Assembly: GCA_965248695.1 (NCBI GenBank)
Contig: CBDFKD010000002.1
Coordinates: forward strand, 2,848,001 to 2,912,000
Direction: 5' to 3'
DNA: 64,000 bases
Origin: Acidobacteriota bacterium
GTDB lineage: Bacteria; Acidobacteriota; UBA890; WLXD01
The position numbers were made by a program, and so were the translations under genes. Numbering within the stretch: position 1 is the stretch's first letter; every line of letters starts with the position of its first letter. Below are positions 27,353-36,647 of this stretch, in pieces. The notes under the pieces were generated by a model. It did no database searches. It worked only from the letters and a program-made list of their open reading frames with translations, and was not told the origin of the DNA.

Positions 27353-30172
27353 GTGTACATCCTCGGCATATCCGCCTTCTATCACGATAGTGCGGCGGTT
27401 CTTCTCCACGACGGCGAAATCGTCGCCGCAGCTCAGGAAGAGCGATATACGCGACAGAAACACGACGCGCGATTTCCCGCCCAGGCCATTGACTACTGCT
27501 TGGAGCAGGCCGGCATCACCGCCGACGAACTAGCGCACATCGGTTTCTACGAGAAGCCGCTCGCCAAGTTCGACCGCCTGCTGGAGTCCTATCTCGCGTC
27601 CGTGCCCGCGGGCTTCGAGTCCTTCAGGGAGGCTCTTCCTCTGTGGCTGGGGAAGAAGCTCTTTCTGCCACGGGAGATGGATCAAGAGCTAGGTCTCAGT
27701 CGCGAGATTCGGTACGTGTTTTGCGACCACCATGAATCCCACGCCGCCAGCGCTTTCTTCCCATCTCCGTTCGAAGAAGCCGCGATCATCACGATGGACG
27801 GCGTTGGCGAGTGGACCACGGCAGCCCTGGGGCATGGGAGCGAAAACCGCATCGAGCTCACGCGAGAGATCCGCTTCCCCCACTCGCTCGGATTGCTGTA
27901 CTCGGCGTTCACGTACTACACCGGGTTCAGGGTCAACGAAGGCGAGTACAAGGTCATGGGCCTCGCCACGTACGGCCAGCCAGTCTACAAGGACCTCATC
28001 CTGAGCCACCTGATCGACGTGAAAGATGACGGCTCCTTCTGGATGGACATGACGTACTTCAACTACGTTCATGGGCTGACCATGACGTCGGCCAAGTTCC
28101 ACGACCTTCTCGGCGGGCCGCCGCGGAAGGCCGATGAGCCGCTCGAGCAACGCCACATGGATCTCGCATCGTCGGTCCAGGCGGTTGTCGAGGAGGTGAT
28201 GCTCAAGGCCGCCGCGTACATACACCACCTGACCGGTTCCAGGAACCTCTGCCTTGCCCGTGGCGTTGCACTCAACTGCGTGGCTAACGGCCGGATCTTG
28301 CGAGAAGGGCCATTCGAGAATCTGTGGATCCAGCCGGCTGCCGGGGATGCCGGAGGCGCGCTTGGTGTGGCGCTGTTGATCTGGCACCAGCTCGTTGGCA
28401 AGCCTCGACAGACGCCGACGCCGGATGGGCAGCAAGGCTCCCTGCTCGGACCTGCGTACAGCAACTCCGAGATCAAACCGTTCCTCGACGAGGTTGGGGC
28501 CGCCTACGATGAGCTGGATGACGACGCCTTGATCGAGGCGGTGTCAGATCTGCTGGCTGCGGGCAAAGTGGTCGGTTTGTTCCAGGGGCGTTCGGAGTAC
28601 GGACCGCGGGCACTCGGCTGCCGGAGCATCATCGGCGATGCCCGAGATCCCGAGATGCAGAAGACCATGAATCTGAAGGTGAAGTTCCGCGAGTCCTTCC
28701 GCCCGTTCGCTCCGATCGTGCTACGCGATCACGCTCACGAGTACTTCGACGTGCGCCCGGACGAGGACAGCCCGTACATGCTCCTAGTAGCGTCCGTGAG
28801 AGAAAAGCGCCGCCGCCAGTTAACGTCGGAGGAGGCGCGGCGAACTGGAATCGACCTCTTGAACGTATGCCGCTCGGAGATTCCCGCGGTAACCCACGTG
28901 GATTATTCCGCGCGGGTACAGACCGTAGACCAACAACGCCACCTGAAGCTCTGGCAACTGATGTCCCGCTTCCATGAGAAGACCGGAGCGCCAGTCCTGG
29001 TCAACACTAGCTTCAATCTGAGCTGGGAGCCGATCGTGAACCGCCCGGTCGAGGCGTACCGCACGTTCATGTCATCCGACATCGATGCGTTGGTGCTGGA
29101 GAGCTGCATCCTCCACAAGCATCGTCAGGTTTCGAACGTGAAGGCCCGCAGAGGCGGATCGAGTGGCATCGAGGTCGACCCGGCCCTCGAGGAAGTCTGG
29201 GCCTGCCCGGCGTGTGAGGGATCCCTGGAGCGGGAGGGCGATGTCGCTCGATGCACACGGTGCCACGAGAGCTTTTCCAAGGAGGAGGGGATTTGGCGTT
29301 TGTTCGCGCCACACGAGAAGTACGACGGCGACGTGACCGAGCTGGTGAAGAGCTTCTACGAGGAGACACCCTTTCCTCACTACGACGAGGACGAATCTGT
29401 TCAGTCGCTGATCGACAAGTCCCGGAAGGGCGTCTACGCACGGCTGCTTGGCGACCAGATCCCATACAACGCTCGAGTGCTGGAGGTGGGGTGTGGGACC
29501 GGGCAGCTATCGAACTTTCTCGGCATCGGTTGTCGGACCGTTGTCGGGACCGACATGTGTTTGAACTCGCTCCGGCTGGCGGAGGGTTTCCGCAGCGCAC
29601 AAGGGTTGAACCGCGTGCGCTTCTTGCAGATGAACCTGTTCAAGCCCGCTCTGGCGGACGCCCGGTTCGACGTAGTTCTGTGTAACGGAGTGCTCCACCA
29701 CACGAGTGATCCCTACGGCGGGTACAAGGCCATTAGCAGACTCGTCAGGCCGGGCGGACTCCTGGTGGTCGGGCTATACAATACGTACGGACGGTTCTGT
29801 CATCAGGCGAGAGGCGCGGCCTTCCGATTGACGAACGGCCGGATGCGCAGCCTTGATCCGTACCTGCGAACGGCGAAGCTGAGCCGCGACAAGCAGGAGG
29901 CCTGGTTCAGGGATCAGTACCAGCACCCGCATGAATCGAAGCACTCCATGGGCGAGGTGCTCGGGTGGTTTCGAAACAATGGCTTCGACTTTGTCAACGC
30001 AGTCCCGAAGTTCAAGGTCTGGGATTCCTTCGATGCTCGCGAGATGCTTTTTGAGCAGGCCGACCCTGGATCCGCATTCGATCGAGCTCTCGCGCAAGCA
30101 AAGATGATCGTTACCGGAAACCGAGAGGGCGGCTTCTTCATCGTGATCGGGCGCAAGCAGGCGACCACGTGA
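27353..30172 (+). CDS. NodU/CmcH/TobZ-family O-carbamoyltransferase fused to a Zn ribbon and SAM methyltransferase
   Basis: YHDSAA, HHESHAAS, DGVGE, EYKVMGLA, EYGPRALG, KFRESFRPFAP, NTSFN; then CPAC..CTRC; then VLEVGCGTG and GVLHHT. Confidence 0.92.
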   Translation: MYILGISAFYHDSAAVLLHDGEIVAAAQEERYTRQKHDARFPAQAIDYCLEQAGITADELAHIGFYEKPLAKFDRLLESYLASVPAGFESFREALPLWLGKKLFLPREMDQELGLSREIRYVFCDHHESHAASAFFPSPFEEAAIITMDGVGEWTTAALGHGSENRIELTREIRFPHSLGLLYSAFTYYTGFRVNEGEYKVMGLATYGQPVYKDLILSHLIDVKDDGSFWMDMTYFNYVHGLTMTSAKFHDLLGGPPRKADEPLEQRHMDLASSVQAVVEEVMLKAAAYIHHLTGSRNLCLARGVALNCVANGRILREGPFENLWIQPAAGDAGGALGVALLIWHQLVGKPRQTPTPDGQQGSLLGPAYSNSEIKPFLDEVGAAYDELDDDALIEAVSDLLAAGKVVGLFQGRSEYGPRALGCRSIIGDARDPEMQKTMNLKVKFRESFRPFAPIVLRDHAHEYFDVRPDEDSPYMLLVASVREKRRRQLTSEEARRTGIDLLNVCRSEIPAVTHVDYSARVQTVDQQRHLKLWQLMSRFHEKTGAPVLVNTSFNLSWEPIVNRPVEAYRTFMSSDIDALVLESCILHKHRQVSNVKARRGGSSGIEVDPALEEVWACPACEGSLEREGDVARCTRCHESFSKEEGIWRLFAPHEKYDGDVTELVKSFYEETPFPHYDEDESVQSLIDKSRKGVYARLLGDQIPYNARVLEVGCGTGQLSNFLGIGCRTVVGTDMCLNSLRLAEGFRSAQGLNRVRFLQMNLFKPALADARFDVVLCNGVLHHTSDPYGGYKAISRLVRPGGLLVVGLYNTYGRFCHQARGAAFRLTNGRMRSLDPYLRTAKLSRDKQEAWFRDQYQHPHESKHSMGEVLGWFRNNGFDFVNAVPKFKVWDSFDAREMLFEQADPGSAFDRALAQAKMIVTGNREGGFFIVIGRKQATT

Positions 30173-30576
30173 TCGGGCCGAACTGGCATCCGACGCGTCC
30201 GCAACTTCGTCAGTTTGCGGTCGCCGCGCTCCTTGCCTCCGCTATCGTCGGGACAGCTCTACGCTGGCGCTTCGGCTCTGACCTCGCGCCGCTCCTGATC
30301 TGGAGCTTCGGTAGCGTGGTGTTCGTGCTCGGCATGCTCTCACCGACGCTCGTTAGGCCCGTGTATCGCGTACTGATGGCCATCACCCTGCCGATCGGGT
30401 GGGCGGTGTCCAACGTGTTCTTGCGCGTGATCTACTACGGTCTCTTTACGCCGATCGGACTCGTGCTTCGGCTCGTCGGGCGAGATCCGCTGCGGATGAA
30501 GAAGCCGAACACGAGCTCCTACTACCTGGAGCGCAAGCAGCCGCGTGATCTATCCAGCTACTACCGTCAGGCGTGA
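30169..30576 (+). CDS. SxtJ-family membrane protein
   Basis: LRQF, P.YR.LM, IGWAVS, YY.LFTPIG, GRDPL, C-terminal YYRQ; follows the carbamoyltransferase with a GTGA overlap. Confidence 0.85.
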   Translation: MIGPNWHPTRPQLRQFAVAALLASAIVGTALRWRFGSDLAPLLIWSFGSVVFVLGMLSPTLVRPVYRVLMAITLPIGWAVSNVFLRVIYYGLFTPIGLVLRLVGRDPLRMKKPNTSSYYLERKQPRDLSSYYRQA

Positions 30577-30600
30577 CGAAGAACCCCTTTGGAGCTAGCT

Positions 30601-30816
30601 GTGACTGACCCAGAACGCAACGAAGTTGATCAAGCGCAGGAATTCGAGCAGCTGGGAAAGGGTCGACGCCCGTCCTTCTTGCGTGAGTACCTCTACGTGC
30701 TCAGGACCTACAAGAAGCTGTGGATGGTGCCGATCATTCTCGTGCTGCTGGCCTTCAGCCTTCTGATGACTCTCTCGAGCTCCGGAGTTGCACCCTTTAT
30801 CTACACGCTGTTCTAG
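30601..30816 (+). CDS. DUF5989/SxtK-like small membrane protein
   Basis: KKLWMVPII...SGVAPFIYTLF signature. Confidence 0.85.
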   Translation: MTDPERNEVDQAQEFEQLGKGRRPSFLREYLYVLRTYKKLWMVPIILVLLAFSLLMTLSSSGVAPFIYTLF

Positions 30817-30894
30817 CCGACTGGGGATCGGTCTCCCCAGAGGCGGTCGGAGTTTGCGACGGGCTGATGTTGGTGGATCGCCTCGCCTCGGTAG

Positions 30895-32265
30895 CTATTC
30901 GCCCGACAGAAAGGCCGCGTTGCGAAAGGCGCGTCGGACGCGCACACCGCCGAAGCGACCGGTGAGATTGCGGTAGCGATCAACCAAATCCATGACTTCC
31001 CGGGTGGCAAGACCCGGGAACTTCTGGCGAACGTAGAGCTGCGATTCGCGGAATCTCGGGATCAACGCCGACGCTACAGCCAGGGCGAACTGCTCACCAC
31101 CGTCACGCACTCGTCCGAGTAGCGGGTAGCCACCTCCCGAGACACCGTTCGCGGCCACATCCGCCAGATGTCCTGCGATGCGGTCTGCCGCACCGAGACC
31201 TGTGCGGCCGGTGATGTACCGATCGACGACTGCCGCAACCGCGGGGTCGCTATCCATCGGAGCGCGGTATTTGCCGGCCAGCACCTCCTCTACCCCGCTG
31301 ACCAAATCATCGAAGCTCGTCAGGTTGACGCTCACCAGATTGGGCAGGTAGGAGTCGTAGGTTTCCGACTCGACCGTTCGGTAGGCCAGCACCGGTCGAT
31401 CGAGCAGGCAACTCTCCAGACCGGTCGTACAACTGTTGTGGATCGAGAGCTCCGCTCCGAGCACCCAGGGCACGACCCCGCCCTCGTAAACCACGCGAAC
31501 GTTGGGCATGTCAGCGGCGATCCGATGCCAGGTCTCATGATTCTCGGAAGGGTGCGGCCTCAACACGATCGTCTGACGCGGGAACTTGCGCGCCAGTCGC
31601 GGCAACATGTCGACGAACGACTCGAAGGCGCTGCGAAGGAACGCTACCCACCCCTCGTAGAAGCGTTCGTCCGCCTCGTGCCGGAGGATCCCCCGGGAAC
31701 GCAAGATCTCCAGCACCCGATCGCTGCCATAGAAGTGGTTGTAGCGTGAGAAATTCGTGTTGATCAGAATGTAGCTCCCGAAACGCTGACGCAGCGCCGC
31801 CGCGTCGGCCGCGTAGAACTCCCGCATCTCCGGTCGAAGCAGATCGAAACGAGGATTGCCGGTGAGGTGGATGCGGTCGTCCTCACCAACAACACTCTGC
31901 ACGTCGTCGGCCTGATTCTGACCCCATGCAAAGAAGGCCTCGGTACGGTTGAAAGCAGCCGGTGCGACACGCTCATGCAGGTACGAGTCGCGGTTCCGGT
32001 ACACAAGCCCCTCCTCGCACCACGCAACTACACGAAATCCGACGTCGTTCAGACGTTGGAATCCGGCCACCTTCGGACGGGCGACGCTCTTGTCGAGGTA
32101 GAAACCGGAAGGAAGCAACGCCAGGCGGCGCAGAATGGACTGCTGTCCACCGAGTATCACTCGGAAACCCGCTTCCGCAGCCACGCAGCCGAAGTATGTC
32201 TTGGCGTCCAGCTCGCGGGCCTTGGTCTCTACCGGGAGTATGAGCCAGGGTCGTTCTTGGCTCAT
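30895..32265 (-). CDS. Surface carbohydrate biosynthesis protein (TIGR04396-like, GT-B-like; candidate nonulosonate transferase)
   Basis: PVETKARELDAK, CEEGL, TGNPRFDLLRP, ILINTNF, LRPHPSE, HNSCTTGLE; start ATG 32265. Confidence 0.8.
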   Translation of the reverse strand: MSQERPWLILPVETKARELDAKTYFGCVAAEAGFRVILGGQQSILRRLALLPSGFYLDKSVARPKVAGFQRLNDVGFRVVAWCEEGLVYRNRDSYLHERVAPAAFNRTEAFFAWGQNQADDVQSVVGEDDRIHLTGNPRFDLLRPEMREFYAADAAALRQRFGSYILINTNFSRYNHFYGSDRVLEILRSRGILRHEADERFYEGWVAFLRSAFESFVDMLPRLARKFPRQTIVLRPHPSENHETWHRIAADMPNVRVVYEGGVVPWVLGAELSIHNSCTTGLESCLLDRPVLAYRTVESETYDSYLPNLVSVNLTSFDDLVSGVEEVLAGKYRAPMDSDPAVAAVVDRYITGRTGLGAADRIAGHLADVAANGVSGGGYPLLGRVRDGGEQFALAVASALIPRFRESQLYVRQKFPGLATREVMDLVDRYRNLTGRFGGVRVRRAFRNAAFLSGE

Positions 32266-33773
32266 TGTTGCGCTTGCCCGGCGGTGCAATCGAGGTCGGT
32301 CCGCTGCAGAACGGCTACCTGACGCGGCTCCGACATCCCGTCGGTGAGAGTCGCCTCGGCTAGTACCCGAACCGGCACAACCTCGTTGAGGGTTTCGACA
32401 TGCTCCCGCAGGGTTCCGTCTCGCTGATGGCCTTCGTAGAGCATCGTGCTCCAGGGCAGTCGTTCGAGCGCCGGGAGCCACCCGACATGCCCGCGGATCG
32501 CCAGATAGCTGACCAGCGCGTCGGCATCGCGCAGACCCGCCAGATGGTCCGGCAGCGAAGCGCACAGATCGACCTCCGGAACGAGATCGACCCCCCGCAG
32601 CGAGAAACGTGTACAACCGATCGACAGCAGTACGGCTCGGGCGGCAGTGACGACGTCGTCCTTGTCCCAGCCGTGAAGCCAGCGGGCGCCCCGGCGGAGG
32701 TACTCCGCTCCCATCAGGCCGAGATTGCAGCCCACGTCGAAGACCACCTTGTTCCGCAGATCCACACCGGCCTCGGCGAGCAGTAGATCAAAGACCTCCA
32801 TCCGCCTGCGTGGGGACCGCTTTCCCGGCAGGTCGATCCCGGGAATCTCCTGATACAGGAATCCGCCGTCCGTTCCGCCGAGCAGATAGCTCCCGGCGCC
32901 GAAGTGACTGGCCGCGGTCGCCTGCCGGGCGGTCTCGAGTAGATGATCCTGGTAGCGGTCGAGAATGAAGTTGTGGATGTCCACGTAGAACGGTTGGCCA
33001 TCTGCCTCGGAACGCAGCAGATTGCCGTTGCAATCGGGGGGCTCGAAGTCCGGCGTTCGCCAGCCATTCATGCTGATGAGCTCGATCAATCGATCGCGCT
33101 CCAGCGACTGCAGCCGTTCCACGAGGCGCCGGCAATCATCGGGCTCGAGAGGTGCCGGTTCAATGTGCCGGACGACGTAACCGGTCCACACGCATCCGGA
33201 AGCGTCGGCTAGCTCCACTAGGTCGTACAGGCGCGGAGCGATCTCCCGGAGGTGGAGGAAGTTGAAGGTCAGGGTCTGTTTGCGGTGCGAAAAGGAAACT
33301 TTCTGCGGCAGGGACCGACCAAAGCAACCGTCCATGTAGAACGCGTCGCTGTCGCCAGGCTGCTTGGCGATCTTCAGCCCCGCCCCGGCCGGATAGGTTT
33401 CTTGAAGATGACACAGGGGCGTTGCCGCCCACGTCTGCGGAGGTAGGTAAACGGCATCCCAACCGGCGGAGAACGCCAGGCTCTCCGCCTCGCACCACGC
33501 TTCAACGGTGCGCGCGTCAAGCCGGTCGACCTGGTGGGACACATCGAAGCGGGAGGGAGCTTGCACAGGCAGCTCGGCGCGCCACCGCTCGCCGCTCCGT
33601 GCGCCCGGGCGACGCCCCATGAGCAGCCTCGGTCCGAACCGTACCAGCGCGCGGGCCTCTCGCCTCAGCGCGCCGAAGTTGCCGTGGATGCTTCGCAGAG
33701 CGTTCAGGGCTCGCGGATGTCCGTGCAGGGCTTTCTTGAGCCGTTCACGCAGCGCGAATGAACTCCGGGACAT
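32262..33773 (-). CDS. Kinase-like::methyltransferase-like two-domain protein
   Basis: GLKIAK, IAPRLYDL, DCNGNLL and YVD in the N-half; LYQ, VFDVGCNLG and HGWD in the C-half. Confidence 0.6.
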   Translation of the reverse strand: MSRSSFALRERLKKALHGHPRALNALRSIHGNFGALRREARALVRFGPRLLMGRRPGARSGERWRAELPVQAPSRFDVSHQVDRLDARTVEAWCEAESLAFSAGWDAVYLPPQTWAATPLCHLQETYPAGAGLKIAKQPGDSDAFYMDGCFGRSLPQKVSFSHRKQTLTFNFLHLREIAPRLYDLVELADASGCVWTGYVVRHIEPAPLEPDDCRRLVERLQSLERDRLIELISMNGWRTPDFEPPDCNGNLLRSEADGQPFYVDIHNFILDRYQDHLLETARQATAASHFGAGSYLLGGTDGGFLYQEIPGIDLPGKRSPRRRMEVFDLLLAEAGVDLRNKVVFDVGCNLGLMGAEYLRRGARWLHGWDKDDVVTAARAVLLSIGCTRFSLRGVDLVPEVDLCASLPDHLAGLRDADALVSYLAIRGHVGWLPALERLPWSTMLYEGHQRDGTLREHVETLNEVVPVRVLAEATLTDGMSEPRQVAVLQRTDLDCTAGQAQQ

Positions 33774-33907
33774 CTGTCGACTTCGCGTGTCTGTTGCCGG
33801 TCACGGTCGCCCTGTACCGGACGAGCGCAGTTGGAGCGAAAATTAACATGCGCCGGAATCTACCGTCCCCCGCCTGGCCGGGCGGATGCAAGCCGACCGG
33901 CAACGCC

Positions 33908-35125
33908 CTAGCGGACGTGCCGACGCGAAGCACTGTGCTTCCGGCGTAGCTCGTTGCGATAGAGGGCGCTCACGTCAGCGACCAATCGCTCAGCAGAGAA
34001 GCGAGCCCGGACGACCTCGCGACCAGCCGAACCCAGCTCGTGTCGCTCCTGGGGCGTCGTCGCGAGCCGGACCATGGCGTCTGACAAGGCCTCGGAATCG
34101 CCTGCCGGAGCCAGCAGCCCGGTGTGCCCGTCTGCGACCACGTCGCTGATACCGCCGACGTCGGTCGCTATGACCGGGAGCGCGGCGGCCATCGCCTCGA
34201 TGATCGCCACCGGAGTTCCTTCATTGCGGGACGTGAGCATCAACACGTCGATAGCCCGGTAGACGTCTGGTAGAGACGGTTGCCATCCCGCGAAACAGAC
34301 CTGCTCCGCTATTCCCAGGCAGCGCGCCTGTTCCTCCAGCTCCGCTCTGAGGGGGCCGTCACCGACGATCAATAGCCGGGCGATTGGGACCTGTTTGATA
34401 ACCCCCGCAAAGGCTTCGAGCAGAGTCACCACGTCTTTGATCGGCACGAGCCGACCCACGAATCCAAAAACCAAATCGCCCATGCCCCAACCAGCGTTCG
34501 TATGCAGCGTCGATGCGCCCGGCTCCAGGCGAAGGAGCGATTGGAGTTCGAGACCCAGCGGAATCACACGAACTTTGTCGGAATCGGCGATTCGATGAAC
34601 GGAAGTGAGCTCGCGCTTCTGTGATTCTGAGATAGAAACCACGACATCGGTCGCCTTGGCGAGTAGACGTTCCGCTAGCCGGATCGCGGTTTCGACAGGG
34701 CCGACGAAGTAACCGGCGAAGACATGCCCGTGGAACGTATGAACTACTAGACATCGACGGCTGCGCCGCCTCGCTGCGTTGTAGACAAACGCCGCGAGCC
34801 TACCCAACGTGCCAGCCTTGGCCGTGTGCGTATGTACGACGTCGGGAGCCTCGACGAACAGCAAACGAACGAGTCGTAGCAAGGCACGAAGATCGCTCCA
34901 CGGACGCACTCGCCGCCCCAGCTCAGGCACTTGCGCCGCGTGCACGTGTCGTGCGCGTATCTCGTCGTGCAGATTCCCCTCGCGCTCGCCCGTCATGCCA
35001 TGGACGAGCAGAGAGCTGAACTCGAACCGGTCGAGACCCTCACAGAGAATGAGTACGTGGCGAGCTGGCCCCCCGATGTTCAGTCGAGCAATGATCCGAA
35101 CGACTTTCAGGGGACGGTCAGGCAC
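33908..35125 (-). CDS. Glycosyltransferase family 4
   Basis: ARLNIGGPA, HTHTAKAG, VGRLVPIK, SRNEGTPVAIIEAMAA. Confidence 0.94.
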   Translation of the reverse strand: MPDRPLKVVRIIARLNIGGPARHVLILCEGLDRFEFSSLLVHGMTGEREGNLHDEIRARHVHAAQVPELGRRVRPWSDLRALLRLVRLLFVEAPDVVHTHTAKAGTLGRLAAFVYNAARRRSRRCLVVHTFHGHVFAGYFVGPVETAIRLAERLLAKATDVVVSISESQKRELTSVHRIADSDKVRVIPLGLELQSLLRLEPGASTLHTNAGWGMGDLVFGFVGRLVPIKDVVTLLEAFAGVIKQVPIARLLIVGDGPLRAELEEQARCLGIAEQVCFAGWQPSLPDVYRAIDVLMLTSRNEGTPVAIIEAMAAALPVIATDVGGISDVVADGHTGLLAPAGDSEALSDAMVRLATTPQERHELGSAGREVVRARFSAERLVADVSALYRNELRRKHSASRRHVR

Positions 35126-36647
35126 CGTGAGAGGGTGAGCGTTTGGACTGCTTCAAATCGTCTCGTCGGCCGAGGTGCCCCCCGGCCGCGGTGAGAGCGA
35201 GCAAGGAGAGGGGGACGAGGATCATCAGCCGCAGGCGCACCAATGTGCCGAAGTTCGTCACGACGTACCCGAGTAGCAGTGCAGTAGCGACTACAAGCAT
35301 TGCCGAGAAGAAAATGAAGGGCAGATCACGAGATGTCAGTCGGCGTCGGCGGTAGATAAGAACGCTCACGCCGAGCGCAGTCAGCCCGAGCAGTGCGGTG
35401 TCGATGTCGGTGAAGAAAAGAAACCCCCGGCCGCCCGGGAAATCAACGATGGACAACGCCCTCAGTAGGCTGATCGGAAACGAGATCGCGGCCACGCCGA
35501 TCAGCAGTCGACGTGCGTACTCGGTCCAATCGTCCGCCTGAGCACGCGCGAAAACAGGACCGTCGGCCGGAACCATCAGGGGGTCTTCCTGCAATGCGAG
35601 GTGCTCGCTGAAGGTAATGATGTTGGTCCGACCACCGCTCGCTACGAACCCGCGCCGATGCCGCTCGAGGTGTCTCCCGATCTCACGGAGGACACTCATC
35701 GGTGACGGAAAGCTCGTGGTCGGCTGATCGTCGCCAGGGCCGCCCGTAATGCCGTTGATCGCCGCGGTGGCGTAGGTAGAGGCGTACAATCCGCCACCCT
35801 GGTACGTCGCTGCGAAAGACAGAGAAATGACGGTAGCCGCGACCGCCAGATAACGTGCCAGCGGTACGCTTCGCTGCCAAAAGATGAAGACGAACAATGA
35901 GAATGCCAGCCCCATGCACAGCATGAACGGATAGTAGGAGCGGATACCTGCCAGGGCCCACAAGGCGGCCATCAGCAGCACCAATCCGGATATCGGGACC
36001 CAGGGAGGCTGGCGCGCTGGGAGCCCGTGTACCACGGAGGCCAGAAGCAGGTACGCACCTGCACCGGCAACCACGAGCAGGAATGCAAAGACGCTGTTCT
36101 TCAAGGGCTGGGTGCCGTGGATGATGAGTACCGGCGACAGGCTGTACGCGCCCAACAGAAGCACTCCTGGCAGCCTCGCCTGGTTGTTTGTTCGAGGGGC
36201 GAGCAGATAAGTCAAGAGTCCGCAGGCCAACGTGTACGCGGCTAGGTTCAGGAACATCCCGCTGGCAGGACTCTCGCCGACGATTCGAATCCAGATTGCC
36301 AGAGACTTGACATAGGTCGGCGACGCGCTGCCTCCGGCTACCATTTGCAGCCCGTCCTGAGCTACGCGAGCGGCCCGCCGGAAATAACCTTGCGCATCCG
36401 GGGCAAAAACCCAGAACCCGTTCGAGAAATGCAGCCCGTCGACCAGCCTCCAGTCCAAGTACGACGACCAAAAAAAGAACATTCCGAGCGCTGCTCGGGA
36501 CAGAAACCCGGCAGCGACAATCGCGCCGCAAACCGGCGACTGCTCACGGATCCACCGGAGCAAGCGGAGCAGGCCGTACCCGACAGCAAGCCCGAGCACG
36601 ATTTGCAAGCCGGACTCGCCCGCGAAGAACCACAAGCTGCGGATCAA
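35118..36647 (-). CDS. Polytopic membrane protein (GT-C/Wzy/ligase-like)
   Basis: About 11-12 TM segments, DAQGY loop, large periplasmic loop, TNFGTLVRLR near the C-terminus. Confidence 0.6.
   Translation of the reverse strand: MIRSLWFFAGESGLQIVLGLAVGYGLLRLLRWIREQSPVCGAIVAAGFLSRAALGMFFFWSSYLDWRLVDGLHFSNGFWVFAPDAQGYFRRAARVAQDGLQMVAGGSASPTYVKSLAIWIRIVGESPASGMFLNLAAYTLACGLLTYLLAPRTNNQARLPGVLLLGAYSLSPVLIIHGTQPLKNSVFAFLLVVAGAGAYLLLASVVHGLPARQPPWVPISGLVLLMAALWALAGIRSYYPFMLCMGLAFSLFVFIFWQRSVPLARYLAVAATVISLSFAATYQGGGLYASTYATAAINGITGGPGDDQPTTSFPSPMSVLREIGRHLERHRRGFVASGGRTNIITFSEHLALQEDPLMVPADGPVFARAQADDWTEYARRLLIGVAAISFPISLLRALSIVDFPGGRGFLFFTDIDTALLGLTALGVSVLIYRRRRLTSRDLPFIFFSAMLVVATALLLGYVVTNFGTLVRLRLMILVPLSLLALTAAGGHLGRRDDLKQSKRSPSHGA

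Noticed and set aside
26163-30816. Saxitoxin biosynthesis cluster
   Set aside because: Only sxtI/J/K/L-like families are present. There is no sxtA or sxtG, and the context is glycan biosynthesis.
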